Positions 36,941 to 53,235 are shown, counted from the first letter of the whole stretch. The stretch: 63,847 bases of DNA, filler included, from Collodictyon triciliatum (GCA_043381765.1; 16 parts of 16 records of this genome joined end to end with filler, not necessarily neighbours in it), one strand, 5' to 3'. Numbers and translations are program-made. Notes: generated by a model not told the origin, from the letters alone.

Positions 36941-39900
36941 GATACGATAATTTGACACTGAAATATAAACCCCCTCTGGACACAAAAATCCCAATACAGC
37001 TTGATTTTCCCGAAGGGAATGTCGTGAATTTTGCCAAAGTGCAAATTCCAGTCGAGGTATTTTCGTTATTTTCCTCCTTTTTATTTTAATTGGTGAGTGA
37101 AATTGAAAAAAAAAATCAGAAAATTTACCGCCTGGTCTCATGACATATTCAGGTGTCTCTGTCTTCCAAAAAAGCAGTTTCGTTCACTTTGAAAATCGAA
37201 TTCACAGATACTGAGGGAAATCGATTTCCGTAATAAGCTATAATAAAAAACAAACAAACAAACAAAAAACAAACTACTTTCGTACACACTCATGTAATTT
37301 ACATGCGATAATATAAAGTATCAAAAATCATAATTTTAAGTTGGACAGGAACAATATTGATTACTCAAAAGAAAATATCATGGATAGAATCATGATAACC
37401 GGAACAACGGATAATTGTTTATTCACCCTGTTTCCTTACTTCTGGGGTATTAAGCAGCAAACACTACGTATGGACAAATACCATGTTAATATATAATGTC
37501 TTGGGCTCTATGTACATACTTTAATTATTTGATAGGCATAAGTTGATGGTTTTTTGTTCAATGACATCCTCTCTATTGATTAACCTACAATCAACTCTTA
37601 TTAGTACTGGTAAAGAGAAAGCTTAATTTACATTATAATAAAATAATAGTTTCTCAGGAGCAAGAGAATGGAGCACCAGCTGAAGGGTAAATATTCTTAT
37701 TTAGTTGCGGCGAGTACTTGCTCTATTGGTGTTATTCTCTTGATGGTTGATATACCAATCATTTTAAAGCTGATCAATAAACTGCACAGTGGTGTCCAAG
37801 CCCCTAAACAAGATATGCTTATGTACATATCATATGGAACTCAAGGATGTAATGGAAAGGCTATCCAGGTTTGCATCCTCGCCTTGTGTAATATTCATAT
37901 ATACGAAATACGTGATTTATGGTCTTGTATGAAATTTGGTTCAAGTAAAATTTATGAAAGATGTCTAATTTTGGCCCGATTTTTTTTTTTTTATCATCAT
38001 GAACCCAACTGCTGAGACATCTACTCGCTTCATAGAAAAATTGAACGCAAAACTAACCCAGAGTGTATGATAGATTCTTGGAGAGAAGGACTTCCGAGCG
38101 ATGATTCGTTGGCTAAATTTGCATACACCAAAAGTATCATTTAAATTCATACGAACATATATATATATTTTGAGATTGGTCCAAGTTTTCGTTTTACACA
38201 ATTATGCTCTATAAACCTAGGCTTCTGTTGAGAAGTTTCCCGAGGATATGGCCTCTTCACATGGGAGAGTCGTTATCGATATTGTAATTAGATCAAACCA
38301 CCAACGAGTCTCGCAGTTTTCATTATATAACTATTTCAAAAAATTTAATCAGGAACACCCTCTATCAAAATGCAATTAACGAATAAACATTGATATGAGC
38401 TAGGTTGAAGCACTCACTGGAAAACCATTTGCTGGAAAACTGGTCACCTTGGAAGGGTCCAAGAATGAACAGCTGCTAAAAAAGCACAAACAAATGGCTG
38501 ATTTACTTCTGCTACTCAAACAATACGGCGGATTGCTTAATAGAGTAAGACCTGAGTACCTGCTGAAAGTTGATGAATATTATCGATACCTGATGATTAC
38601 ACGGGTAAATTATTACATTTTTTTTTTTACCCTCATCATCTTTCATATGTCACCTTTCTTTATTGAATATATACATACTACATTCACCAATAACATAAGT
38701 ACTTATATAACAAGGAAATGTGAGATAAATGCATAAAAATTGAATTCAAATTTCCTTAATTTTATATAAATCATGATACAACATAATCATTATCACTACT
38801 CTTATATTTTAACACAATAGCCTGAGTATGAGTCAAAGACAGGGTCTGAACGGATGCAGGAAATGAGGGACATCGAAGAATGGTTCCACTTTTTGAGTCA
38901 GGAGGCTTGGACAACCCTTGTGAGCCAAGTTCTAAAGTTATTTGTTCTCAACAGAATAACACCCTCCAACTTCAAAACATTACCGGAAATTACCAGAGAA
39001 AACATGCATGAGGACGCCGGAATAGCTGGCTCAAGCACTCTGAGGTAAAGAAACGCCGAAGCACTGCTACTTCTTTTTTTTTTTTTTAAAAAAAAAACCA
39101 GCCTTGTAATCAAACTTATTTATGAGTGTAAATAAATACATTAAGATTGTACTTCTCTTTCTCTCTTTTTTCTTCTTCTTCGACTAAAATGATCTAATAG
39201 CGTTTCAGAAAGCATTCTCCTTCGGTGGGTGAATATTCACCTGACAAAGGCAAGCTTCCTTAATGAAGAATAATATTTCCAAGGATTCCCTTTTTTATAT
39301 CAAGGTGTCACACAAATTGATGAACCATACCTTATTCATAGATGTTTTTTTTTTTTTTTTTTAAATATTAGATCTTCCCAGAGTCAGGAAAGAAAGTGCG
39401 CAACTTTGAGGAGGACATGCGGGATGGTATCGGAATTGCAGCACTTTTGGAATCACATATACCCTCTTTGCGTCCTTCCCTGGAAGAAATCGTGATGTCA
39501 TGCTCACTCCCAGAGCATTACCTTCATAACGCCACAAAGGCATGTTTATTAAAATAGCCTCCTCGTCTGTATACCAATTTTTTCCGTTTTGTTTGGTGAA
39601 TAATGATAAAATTCCATTTATCTACAATAGATAGTCGATGCGATGACCGAAGTAGGATTGGATTTTATCCCTGACCCCACAGAAATTGCAGAAAATCCTT
39701 CGCCTATTGGCATGATTTTGCTCTTGGTTAGTTTGTACCAGAATCTCCCCCAGGTACTCCCTTCATTTCGATGAACAACCACTCTTCACAACTTATTAAC
39801 TTCTCAGTTATCGGCAACTTCTGGACAATTTCCTCTATTACCTCTGATTTATATAATGGGAATACACTTGTAAATAGCATGATTTTTTTCTTCTAGTACG

Positions 39901-40530
39901 TGCCCAAAACAACTATTGAGTTTTCTGGGAAATTACACGAGAAAATATGCAAACATCTAGAACTTTCAAACCCCTCTCCAAAAGTATGTTAGCCTGACTG
40001 TGATTTTCATGCAATCAGTCTCCCAATTTATGATAAAGACAAAACCTTTACCATCTTGCGCAAACCGAAAAAATAAACAACTAAATACATAATAATCCCA
40101 ATTTATGATAAAGACAAAACCTTTACCATCTTGCGCAAACCGAAAAAATAAACAACTAAATACATAATAATCCCAATTAATGATGTTCAAGCCAACCTTT
40201 TTAAGTATTAAATGTACATAGATGATAACATACCACATACGGTTGGACGGTTCATCTGATTTTACAGTGGAATCAACTGTCCTTACTATACCACCAAAGG
40301 TATCCACATATGTCCGACTATATATGATAGTAATTTCACCTGCCTTAAGTATACTATTTTTTTTTATTTTGTTTACTTATTTGACTCAATGATGTTAGGC
40401 ATAACATAGAATACACGCACATTTTTTTAAAAATATTAAGTCATGAGGTGGATTACAAATAACGACCATTTATTACATAAAGGGTTCTATCAGCTACCCC
40501 ATCTTCTTTTCTGGTCGATTCTCTCGTGAG
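36941..40530 (+). CDS. CFAP47: CFAP47-like cilia/flagella protein with a calponin-homology domain (internal fragment)
   Basis: Exon peptides GYDNLTLKY..LDFPEG; SFTLKIEFTDTEG; ITGTTDNCLFT; SQEAWTTLVSQVLKLFVLNRIT; SESILLRWVNIH; VRNFEEDMRDGIGIAALL; LYQNLPQYVPKTTIEFSGKLH..LELSNPS. Confidence 0.8.
40021..40178. repeat. 75-bp tandem duplication inside an intron
   Basis: 40021-40095 is repeated at 40096-40170, followed by the first 8 nt of a third copy. Confidence 0.9.
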
Positions 40531-40953
40531 GTATTCTAACAATTACCATCTTGGAGCCAAAATAATGTTACATTTATGAACCAAATATGTAAAAAAAAAA
40601 GAAAAAAAAGAAAAAAAAAAAAAAAAGAAAAAAAAAAAAAAAAAANNNNNNNNNNNNNNNNNNNNNNNNNNNNNNNNNNNNNNNNNNNNTTAATTAATTA
40701 ANNNNNNNNNNNNNNNNNNNNNNNNNNNNNNNNNNNNNNNNNNNNAAAGATAAAAAGAAAAAAAGATAAAAAAGATAAAAAAGATAAAAAAGATAAAAAG
40801 ATAAAAAGATAAAAAAGATAAAAAGATAAAAAAGATAAAAAGATAAAAAGATAAAAAGATAAAAAAGATAAAAAAATAAAAAAAGATAAAAAAAAGATAA
40901 AAAAGATAAATATATAAAGATAAAAATTGGTTCGAGATTTATATTTAACAAAC

Positions 40954-43900
40954 TCGGTTAATCTTTTCCTGCGCTCTTTCTTTTCCTTGAGAATATTTCG
41001 ACGATTGATTTTGTGTTTCAACTGATTGCAACATTGGTTGATGGCTTTCTATGAGTTTTAAAATTATTGTAAATAAGCAACCGCGTGGTCTCTCGCTCGT
41101 TATAGTTCAAGCAAAAATAGCAACGACGAAAGACCAAATCATTATTTACTCCAAAATATAAGTGGCCGCACTACCAACCTTCACAGCATCTTTTATTTCG
41201 ATTATATCGTCTCCGATATACTCTTTTCCAGTACCCTTGAACGGAATTTTTGTGCTCACAATACTTACAAAGACGCCAATCTTATCTGTGTTCTTATTGA
41301 TTTTATATGAAGTCCACCTGGATTATAGTGAATTTCTCAAGTTATTTGATGATTCAATTATCTAACCAATAAAGCATCAAAATTGAAACTTTTTTTCTGC
41401 TATCACGATTTTAAGATAAAGGAATTATCCGTTCAGGTTTCACAAAAAAAAAAATTATGAAAACCAACTCACGAAATATCTTTCAGTGCAGTGCGTGAAG
41501 CAACATCACCTCCAGCTTCAAATAACAAAGGGATACGATTTGCGAAGCGAAAGATTGTTACACCCTTTACGATAATTTTAAAATTTTAATTAGATGCGTA
41601 TTTTAAAATCAGATAATTCAAATTTCTTGGAAGTGAGATATTATTGTAATTTTTTTTTTAATCATGTGAGATGCAATATCCATGCATGAATAGTGGTGTG
41701 ATATTTCAAAAGGTATGATTTATACTTTCTTGATTCTTTCGCCCCCAATAGATACACCAGCTTCGACTATAAACGGGTGCCCTTCATATATTTCGACCCT
41801 GGATACATTTTAATCTTATTAAACAATTCCAGAAATAAAAACAGCATATTCCTTCTCATCTATGATATAATACATTAACTCATGTTATGGAATCATACGG
41901 CATTCGGTAGGTCGCAACGATTTCAGGTAGGACCTCTTTGATGATTCCTAAGCGTAGGTTGTATTCTCCGGCAGGACTTAGAGCCTTTTACAATAAAAAT
42001 GACAAAATTTCAAAACATGGTAAAATGGAGGTTAACGAATGAAAAAAAAATAATAGAATCGAAAAAAAAAATCCTAATGAAGAGACGGATATTTGGTTAC
42101 TTCGCTAGGAGGGTCAGGGAACTTCATTTCACGAAATAGATTGACAAGCTGCTGGCCGAATGTTGCTTTATCAATTGTTGATACGATTGTAGTGGGGTCG
42201 ATTTTCAATTCGTCTGTGAGGTATTGTAATGTTTTTGTGAGGAGTGTGGTTGAACATAATTTTTAAAATAAAACTAATATAATCATTTTTTAACTCCAAA
42301 AAAAAAACTGAAAAGAGAAAAGAAGCACAAACCAGTGATTTTGATCGCCATGCGCGCATCAATTTCAAATGACTTTGTCAAAAACGTCTTAAGATTACAC
42401 TGCATTTAAAACGATTTAAAGCTGCTGGTTTATACAATACATACATTATGATGCAATTTTTCATGCTCAAGTTCTTAACGTTGGCTCTGCGATGGGTGTA
42501 CCAGGAAACTTACACTATCGAAATTCGTAACGAGCTGGTCAATCATGAGCAGGTTTACTGATGAAGGATGATAACGAATTTCCTTGGGTGGACGAGGCAT
42601 AATGTCTGAACGGCGTTTGTAGCAAACATAAAATGACTTCCTACATGTAAAAACATATTATGAAAATCAGATTTAATCAATAATCCAGAGTTTATGAGAA
42701 TGCACAAGGATGCCGTATAGAAGTAAAATTGGCAAATAGTACGAAAGCCATACGCGTCGGTCTCGGAGCGGTATTTCAAGTGGAACTGAGCATACGGAGT
42801 AATAACTGCCAACTGGCGCATATATTTCACGATATAGTGCTACGTTTAATATTGAATTTGAGTCAAGTCAGAAGAAAAAAAGGAAGTGATGTGAGCGGCA
42901 CTTGGAAAATTATCCATTTATGCTCAATTAACAGAAAAGGGATGTTACTTAACAGAAGAGGGAGAAGCAGCTTCTCCATATGATTTAAATGTAGCATTAC
43001 CCCGTGGGTTGTCCAGTTACCGGCAATCAAGACGCTCAGCTCCGAGCCATGCCATCCGGTTGGATTTGGTAGTTTCACATGTTTTCGAATGTTAGGCATA
43101 TTGCGGTATATATCAATATCAAGAACGACTTCGGAGATGTAATCTTGTCCTTGTTTAGCCGATCTGATTGTGATTGGTTGCCCCGTGCTCTGCTTTGACC
43201 AAATCAGTGCCTATTTATATTAAATTAATTTTAGACAGATGTAGTTTAATTTTCTCAGAGTATATGTGATAGTACAAACCATCTTTGCTCCAAGACCAAA
43301 TTTACCCCTGCTTTGCTTGACACCATACTTTGTGCTGGACAAAACTGGTAAAGCGAAAAAAGTATCATCAATTAATCATGGACATAATTAGTGACGTATA
43401 AAAGAATCGTAAAAGGACACATAATAGTAGAAAAAAAATTAATATTCATCATGAAAATAATCTTGCTCATTTCCCTTGAATTGCAATCTCGTTTCTATCT
43501 AAACTAAATTTACTATGACACACGTATCATCTATTTCAATTACGAACCTCGGCCAAGCATGTTTGGGATATCATCGTGCGCCATGCCACCGCCATTATCC
43601 TATGATCGAGATTGAGAATCAAATATCTTATTAATTCACCTGTATGCCCCAGCTTCATTAAAGACACCGATGAAATCGAGGGATGCATGATATTGCATAG
43701 GGTTACTGATATAAACTAAAAGCAAATACTTTGCATGTGACATTAAAGTACACCACGTCCTTGGATCTTCCTCTCTTTGCCTTGTCTCGGGATTCAGCAA
43801 CGATTCGTTCAGCAGCTGCAGCATCCATCGGCTCGTTGAGATCAGAGGGTTGTGCTGGGTAATGAAGCAAAATAAAAAGTGAGGCAGTCTGAATAAGAGA

Positions 43901-44635
43901 ATATGTGAGTAAGGAGAACAATTACTTGTTGGTTTCTTTGCAACTTTTTTCATCTCACGCTCAACGAGTTTGGCTTCTTTAGTAAGGCGAGCCTTTCAAT
44001 GGAGAAATAAAAATAAAACAGTAATTATGTTAGAAGATAGGGTTCGAAATGATGGCTTCAGGTAATCATGTGTTCACTGGACTCTACAGCCAACCTGTTT
44101 TTGCTTTTCTGTCTCGAAGTCGTTGTATAGTTCATGGTTTTTGCGCTCAAGCTCCGGAATACTGTGTGTAGAGTCGAACTTTGCCTTTGATACCTCATCG
44201 CTGGTGGTAAAGTCAGAAATTAGATGTATAACAGAGCAAACACGGTGGCTGAAGGATCTTAAGCACATTAAGCACACCAAAAATGGTGCACTGCAAACGA
44301 TTCAGATATATGTATTCGCTTTCTCACATAGTGATATGAATTTCAGGTAACACCCCGATGCTCTCTGCTGCATCCAAACTGTTCTCTACAAACTCTCGGA
44401 TAGTGGTGTACAGCGATTTTCCGGGCTGTAGTCATGAATGAGTGTTTCGTTGAGAGCAAATGTGAGTAGCAGCAGTTTTTTTTTTTTGGTAAACAGAATA
44501 TGACACATCAAATGTTAGACTTATAGACTGCTTCTGAGAGGAGGCAGTCTTTTGCCTAAGTTTGTCAGCATAGCGTTGATATTGAGATAATTACATTGTC
44601 GAAACCAGCGATGTTTTTGTTTTCAGCGAAGAACT
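40954..44635 (-). CDS. TOP6B: DNA topoisomerase VI subunit B (multi-exon, both ends missing)
   Basis: [146 protein letters not shown]. Confidence 0.95.
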
Positions 44636-44922
44636 CTGAATACCAGAGACAAATTCAGGCCCAACAATTATGTATTTATCGAATGAAAAAGTTATAAAGC
44701 AAGATTTATAAAAAANNNNNNNNNNNNNNNNNNNNNNNNNNNNNNNNNNNNNNNNNNNNTTAATTAATTAANNNNNNNNNNNNNNNNNNNNNNNNNNNNN
44801 NNNNNNNNNNNNNNNGGAAAAGAAAAGGGAAAAGAAAAGGGAAAAGAAAAGGGAAAAGAAAAGGGAAAAGAAAAGGGAAAAGAAAAGGGAAAAGAAAAGG
44901 GAAAAGAAAAGGGAAAAGAAAC

Positions 44923-46120
44923 CTCGGAGCTTGATGGACAAATTAAATACCTTGCCCAAGTCGATGGGTGGAAGAGGGGCCTTTTGTACAACAGATGTTT
45001 CGACAGAATCTTTCGGGGCAGAAGGAGGATGAGGTTCTGTGTTGCGCGGAGATTTGTACTTTGTAATGGATATAAGGTGGGGAAGAAAGGAATGGAAACT
45101 CTTTATTACATCTGAATCTCTGACATTGCAAAAATATACCGCAAACCCCTATAAACGAACAAATAAGTCATAGATGAATATCTAAAAAAAAGAAAATGAA
45201 AAGAAAAGAATGCATGAGATACGACAGGTTAAGTGCAAGTATGTATGTTCATTTATTAACAACCTGTCATCTTTATAGACTCCTGTCGAATGAGCCTGCA
45301 AACTATCCCTTTCACAAGTTGGGCCGTTGCTTCGCTCTTTATCTGGGAATGTGAACACCCCAATCTTTGGATTCAATTTGACTGGCGCAGGAGAATTGGG
45401 GGGACCGACCCTAACAGAGTCATCTGATTGTTTTGCGCTTACTGTAGTTACGGTGGCCGAGGCAGCTTTGACCATCAATCCAATATCCTCGCGCAAGGTA
45501 TGAGAAGTTTGGTGCGTAACTTCAGATGTATGCGGCTTGACCAACATCGTCTTTTGTTTGATTTTTTTTAATAAAAAAATGAAGCATGTTTATAAGCTTT
45601 ATTTAATGTATATCAAACATTTCTAGGCTTTAACTTATTGATTGATATTGATAATGATTGATTGCGATGATAATGGATTGTGATTGATTGTGATCATGAT
45701 TAATTGTGATTGATTGTAATAATGATTAATTGTAATTATGATTGTAATGATGATTGTAATGATGATTGTAATGATGATTGTAATGATGATTGTAATGATG
45801 ATTGTAATGATGATTGTGAGTAATTGTGGTTATGATTACAATAAAGGAACAAATGTCAAATTGAACAAAAAGAGAAAAAGAGACAAAAGTGCATAACAAT
45901 AATGAAAAAGCCCTCCTCTCTCTATTTACAGGCCTTCGCCACTCAACATCCCCCTGAGACCCGCTGAAAAACAAACCTCACGAGAGATCTGCTGCGACGA
46001 AAGGCGATCGACGGCGGAACGCGGACTCGAACGCAGCCCGGCCGGCTGATGCGGTCGTATATGCGCAGAAGGTCGAGGCGGAGCGGACGGCTGATCGGAC
46101 GCGGTAGTCTGTGTGGACAT
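44923..46120 (-). CDS. Hypothetical protein, 5' exons
   Basis: ATG-initiated GC-rich exon (MSTQTTASDQPSAPPRP..) plus open exons at 45262-45550 and 44923-45148 with GT-AG ends; no family recognised. Confidence 0.45.
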
Positions 46121-46275
46121 CTCCAGTCCAGCGCTGTTGCCGCCGCAGTTTGTGTGAGACGGGAAAAGGAGGAGAGGAGGAGAGGAGGAAAGGGAAGGAG
46201 GAAAAGAAGGGCGAAAGTAAGGACGAAAACGAAAACGAAAACAAAAAGAAAAACAAACGAAAGGGGAGAAGATAC

Positions 46276-46376
<101 letters not shown>

Positions 46377-46648
46377 CAAATGACAGCGAATGAATGGGGA
46401 TAGCGTTTTTATTCATTCCATTTGTTATATCTATTATTTGGCTAGAATAATTCATGATATTTTTATTGTATTTGATGTTGAAGATGACAGGGTCTATGAA
46501 GAGAACCAGGTGGGGCGGTCGAGTGTGATAAGGAAAGTGGCAATACAGGGCATTCTATGGCAATAATGCTTGTGCGGAGAGAATGACAATAGTAGAAGCG
46601 GACGGAACAGTGACGGTGGTTATCACAATAGAAATGAGAATGACGGAG

Positions 46649-48562
<1,914 letters not shown>

Positions 48563-48885
48563 CTTTATAGCGTATCATAATAATTTATCATTTTATGCGT
48601 CACTCTTCCCTTTTTTTTCTTCTTCAGATATTAAACATAGATTATCATAGCTCTAGTTTGGTAAAGAGCCAAGATGGAGAAATAGGGGGGGGGGGGGGGG
48701 GGGGGGGGGGAAAAAAAAAAGGAAGGGAAAGGAAAGGAAAGAAAAAGAAAAGATGAAAAAAAAAAAAAAAGAAGTTGGCGGCGGGNNNNNNNNNNNNNNN
48801 NNNNNNNNNNNNNNNNNNNNNNNNNNNNNTTAATTAATTAANNNNNNNNNNNNNNNNNNNNNNNNNNNNNNNNNNNNNNNNNNNN

Positions 48886-48985
48886 GTCTTCTCCTACTCG
48901 CGTTTGCTCTCTCCCATGCGCTCCCGTCCCGCCCCTTTGTATGGCATAACCTCGCTACACTTTGAATCGAATAAAGGAAAAAAAA
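48886..48985 (+). mobile_element. LINE 3' end (3' UTR plus A-tail), cut by the contig start
   Basis: Matches the reverse complement of ~52228-52326 with 3 substitutions and a small tail difference; ends CACTTTGAATCGAATAAAGGAAAAAAAA. Confidence 0.88.
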
Positions 48986-51900
48986 TGGATGCACTACTAT
49001 AAACTTCTTTCTTTAATACGATTGATTATGATATGTATTAAAAATTATTTAAGCTCAAAGGTAACACGGTATATAAAATGTACGATTTCCTAGCGCCCCT
49101 GGAATGTTAATATTTTTGTTCGATGGGCATCGGGCGAAGCAGGCATTTAAATACGAATCTATTTAATGGAAATATCACATAAAATAATGTTTTGGAACGG
49201 AATACTTAGACATCATTATACATTTATCTTTTCTTTATTTTCACTTTAAGTAACAAGGTTTATCATACACATCGCGACAAAGTAATGGGTTTTGGTCGCT
49301 CATCATTTCGAACCCAAATACCTTACCGTACCTTAATCATTTAAATCTGGGTGCTATAATCACAGAAAATTAAATATGATTCCCTTCGCTTAGGTCGGGA
49401 ATGAATCATAAGTTGATTAAATCGGTTATGGAAAACACAAGGATAAGCAACCGAAAGGCAAAAGTAAGGATGAAGCGAAGCAGGGCGGGCTGCCGAAGGT
49501 TTTTTCTCATTTAATCTGCGTAGGGAGCGAAAAAAAAAATAAAGAGAGCAAAGTGAAAAAAAAAAGCAAATTCGGCTGGGTTGAGCAACTGATAATAATG
49601 GGAAAATCGTACAACTCACGCCAGAGGCTTTCACTGCTCAGATTACAGGCAGCGCACCCAACCAGAAAGCTGCTAGTGAATAAAAGATATCATTAGCAAG
49701 TTTTTTTTAATGTAAACATATCTCGAACCTGCATCGCAACACCCCTCAATCAGATCGTTCTCGTCGATTCGATTACGAAAGAGGAAAAACTGGCACAAAC
49801 ATAACTCATTCATGGGCAGTATTTGTATTGATTTTCTGTATCATCGCATTTTACATTTTGAGAAAACATAAACCTCGCATCTTCTGTGTCTAAAGAAAAA
49901 AGAAAGAAAAAATATATAGAAACCCAAACTGATGTGACAGAAGGCAGCGTTTGATTCACTTTTGTATCTTATTACCTTTTTGTGGGAACTTGGTGGCTGC
50001 TGCAAGATAACGATTATTTTGAGTCATTATATGAAGTAAAAAAAAACTCTTTTTTGGGTATGAAGGCGATTGGGTTTGGTCAGCTCACTATGGCCTCTTT
50101 CTACTACATTATATTACTTGTGTTTCCTACCCCGATTGTTGAAGTGCTACATGACTTACTTTCACCACGTTTATCGTCGTATTCTTGGGTCGGTAATTAC
50201 AATGTCGTGCCTATACAGGTCTCTCTTAATGGTATGGTTTCTGATTGGCACTGAGGTAGATAAATTCGTGATGTATATCAATAATGCTTTCGTAAAACCT
50301 AACCTTTCCAATTGCTCTTAATAATACGTCGCATGTAATCAAAATGTTAATGATTCGACTTCTGGGTCATTTTTATGACTTTACACGGACTTGTGTGAAA
50401 TATTAAGACACAAACTGCATATTTTGCTTTATGTGTGAATAGCACTGATGAAGATTGTGCGCAGGGCTAGGCGTAATCATGATTTTTTTTATCATTGCTA
50501 TGACCGACAATTATTTGTGATTTATCCATTTAAGCTTCATGTGATAAAAGCTAAGATATTGAATAAATTATTATTTCACACAATGGGGGGACTGATGAAG
50601 ATACGCGGTGGATTATGATTGATTGATATCGGATATTGATGATGCTTAAAGGAAAACAATCGCTTCACAAACACAAGCAAAAAATCAATGTATCCAGTGT
50701 ATAAATCTATAAGTGAAACTTACTATATACTGGATATGTAGGCCTAAAAGTATTTATAATAGCAATTAAAAATAAAATATGTAATAGATTATATTATATA
50801 CATCAATGTCAATTTACTAAGCCCTATCAATTACATTTCTGATAACGTGGAAAATTGCAGCATTTGTAAAGTTTTTTTACATTTGGCGATTATCCTTTTT
50901 CGGCGTAACGGGTTTTTCTTAAATCATGAATCAAGTTTTTTTTCTTCGGCTCGTTTGATTAAGACGCATCTTGGGCTGCTTGGAGATTTGCGGACATGAA
51001 CACATTTGAATCCCTTGCTTAGAAGTCTTAATTTTTGGACTCGAATTGGTTACACTGTTGTGCTTGTTTTTGGGCGTTGGGAAGAGCTGAAAGGAACAAA
51101 AACAGCGAATCTAACGAAATCCCTGATGCTGAAGCCGGCGAAGTTAGTATTTGCTTGTGATGAAGCACGAAAGGTAGGCAATGGGGAGAGATCAGGAAAG
51201 AAAAACTTGCAATAGATCATAGAAATGTCTGTCTAGAAAGAAGAACCAGAGTACAAAACAAAACAAAGAAAGAAAAGTTCAGCCAAAACCTTGGGTGTTT
51301 AATGTTTGGTTATCCAGACGCTTTGAATAAAGGTTTTTTTTTGTGACTAATACTTGAACCACTCATATGTATTCGATTATTGTAATAGGCACCGATGGTT
51401 GCTTAGGAGGAGGAAATACCGACTAATTGAATCTCTATGAGGACCGATGCAATGTAGCGTTATCTGTCGCATGAAACCCTACATCAAAGGTTTGGGGAAA
51501 AATACAACCAAAATATTATACAAAATGAAGACAAAGACAAAGAAAGCAAACAACATATTGTCCTTTCTCATTTATCTGGAAAATGATACCGTAAGGATTG
51601 ATAAAAAGAAGACAAATGGATAATGAAAAATGGAAGGAAAATAATGCGAGCTGACATGCCTCAAGAAAGCACTTAATTCACTCAGTTTTATTTTTACTTG
51701 CATAGGGGAATGTGCAACTGACACATGTTAACGAGTCTGCATGATTTGATAATGCAAACAGACACCTTTCCATCGCTTTGTAGGTGTTACCAGCAATTGA
51801 GTTGGTTGGGTTGTTCGATGTGCATTCTTTCTTGGGCTCCTCACTGAGAGTTTTCATGCTTCCTTTGTTGAAGTGCCATAGTGACCCAATTTCGTCACTT

Positions 51901-52211
51901 TTCTTTTGTTGCATACTTTGACTGTCAACTACAAATGTCGTGTCTGCAATATTCTTGCTGGATGGCGCTGATTGTGATTGTAGGGTTAGGTACATTGGTA
52001 ATTTTATTTTTACTCTATTTTGTTTTCCTTCCCTTTTCTCAATGTCAATACTATTTGTGTATACATTATACCTGTTTACTTTTAAGGGGCATCATATGAA
52101 TAATATTCACATCTTCACAGGGACACGGGGAATGATAAAATTATTACGTGGAGTTTGGTATACGACCGAACAGCGCTCATGCAGACTTTGCGTTGAGGTT
52201 GGTCATGTAAC

Positions 52212-52642
52212 AATATATTTTTATGTTTTTTTCCTCTTTATTCGATTCAAAGTGTAGCGAGGTTATGCCATACAAAGGGGCGGGATGGGAGCGCACGGGA
52301 GAGAGCAAACGCGAGTAGGTGAAGACACTACCGTGGAGAGGCCAGCACTGGAAAGAAGTCAGTGATAGCGAGCTGGTCAGGTGGGCGTCCCAACTGGTTG
52401 ATTAGTTGCGTGGGTAGCAGGGTTTGGATATGCTGTGGGAGATATCGCACGACACATTCCTGCACCTCTCTTCGCTGCGGTCAGAGTAGCGAAGAATGCG
52501 GGCGTGTTTCAACAGGTTGTTCAGGAAGCTGTATTGCACGAGGCTCTCAAGCCTGGATACATTGATTTCTCGTTCGGACGAATCATTAGAGCGAGAGAAT
52601 GCACGCACACTCCATAAGGGCCACAGAATATATTTTTATGTT
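52212..52642 (-). mobile_element. 5'-truncated L1/Tx1-like LINE (~400 bp) with 16-bp TSD
   Basis: TSD aatatatttttatgtt at 52212-52227 and 52627-52642. ORF end LWPLWSVRAF..PRN* fits the WxxWxxRNxxxF-like ORF2 C-terminal motif, followed by a 3' UTR, AATAAA and an A-tail. Confidence 0.88.
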
Positions 52643-53235
52643 AAATGATTTTCTTTTATAGGATGATAAAAAGCATATTTTATATCAACCCTTTTACTAT
52701 CAAAAAATGAAGAGCGATTCATTCTATACGCTGATTCTCTCCCTCTCTAATCTGTAATCGCTTATCTCTTTGATCTTTACACATGCTTTCCTCTATGCGC
52801 TGGCTGATGCCCCTCCTGTGTAAAATTTTCATATCCTGATAATGACACGAATAANNNNNNNNNNNNNNNNNNNNNNNNNNNNNNNNNNNNNNNNNNNNTT
52901 AATTAATTAANNNNNNNNNNNNNNNNNNNNNNNNNNNNNNNNNNNNNNNNNNNNTTCTTTTTCTTTTTCTTTTTTCTTTTTCTTTTTCTTTTTCTTTTTC
53001 TTTTTCTTTTTCTTTTTCTTTTTCTTTTTCTTTTTCTTTTTTCTTTTTTCTTTTTCTTTTTCTTTTTCTTTTTCTTTTTCTTTTTCTTTTTCTTTTTCTT
53101 TTTTTCTTTTTTTCTTTTTTTCTTTTTTTCTTTTTTTCTTTTTTCTATTTCTTTTTACGGTTTTTTAGTAGCTATTTGATCTATATTAAATACATTATGT
53201 CATACTGAACAAATAATGATGTGATACCAACAAAG

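Noticed and set aside
50960-51995. Possible WD40-like exons on the minus strand (HADSLTCVS, HRDSIS)
   Set aside because: No consistent spliced frame or WD motif could be built; too weak to call.
48886-52326. A 3.4-kb DNA transposon bounded by ~100-bp TIRs
   Set aside because: The inverted copies are LINE 3' tails with A-tails facing inward, and the right copy has its own TSD.
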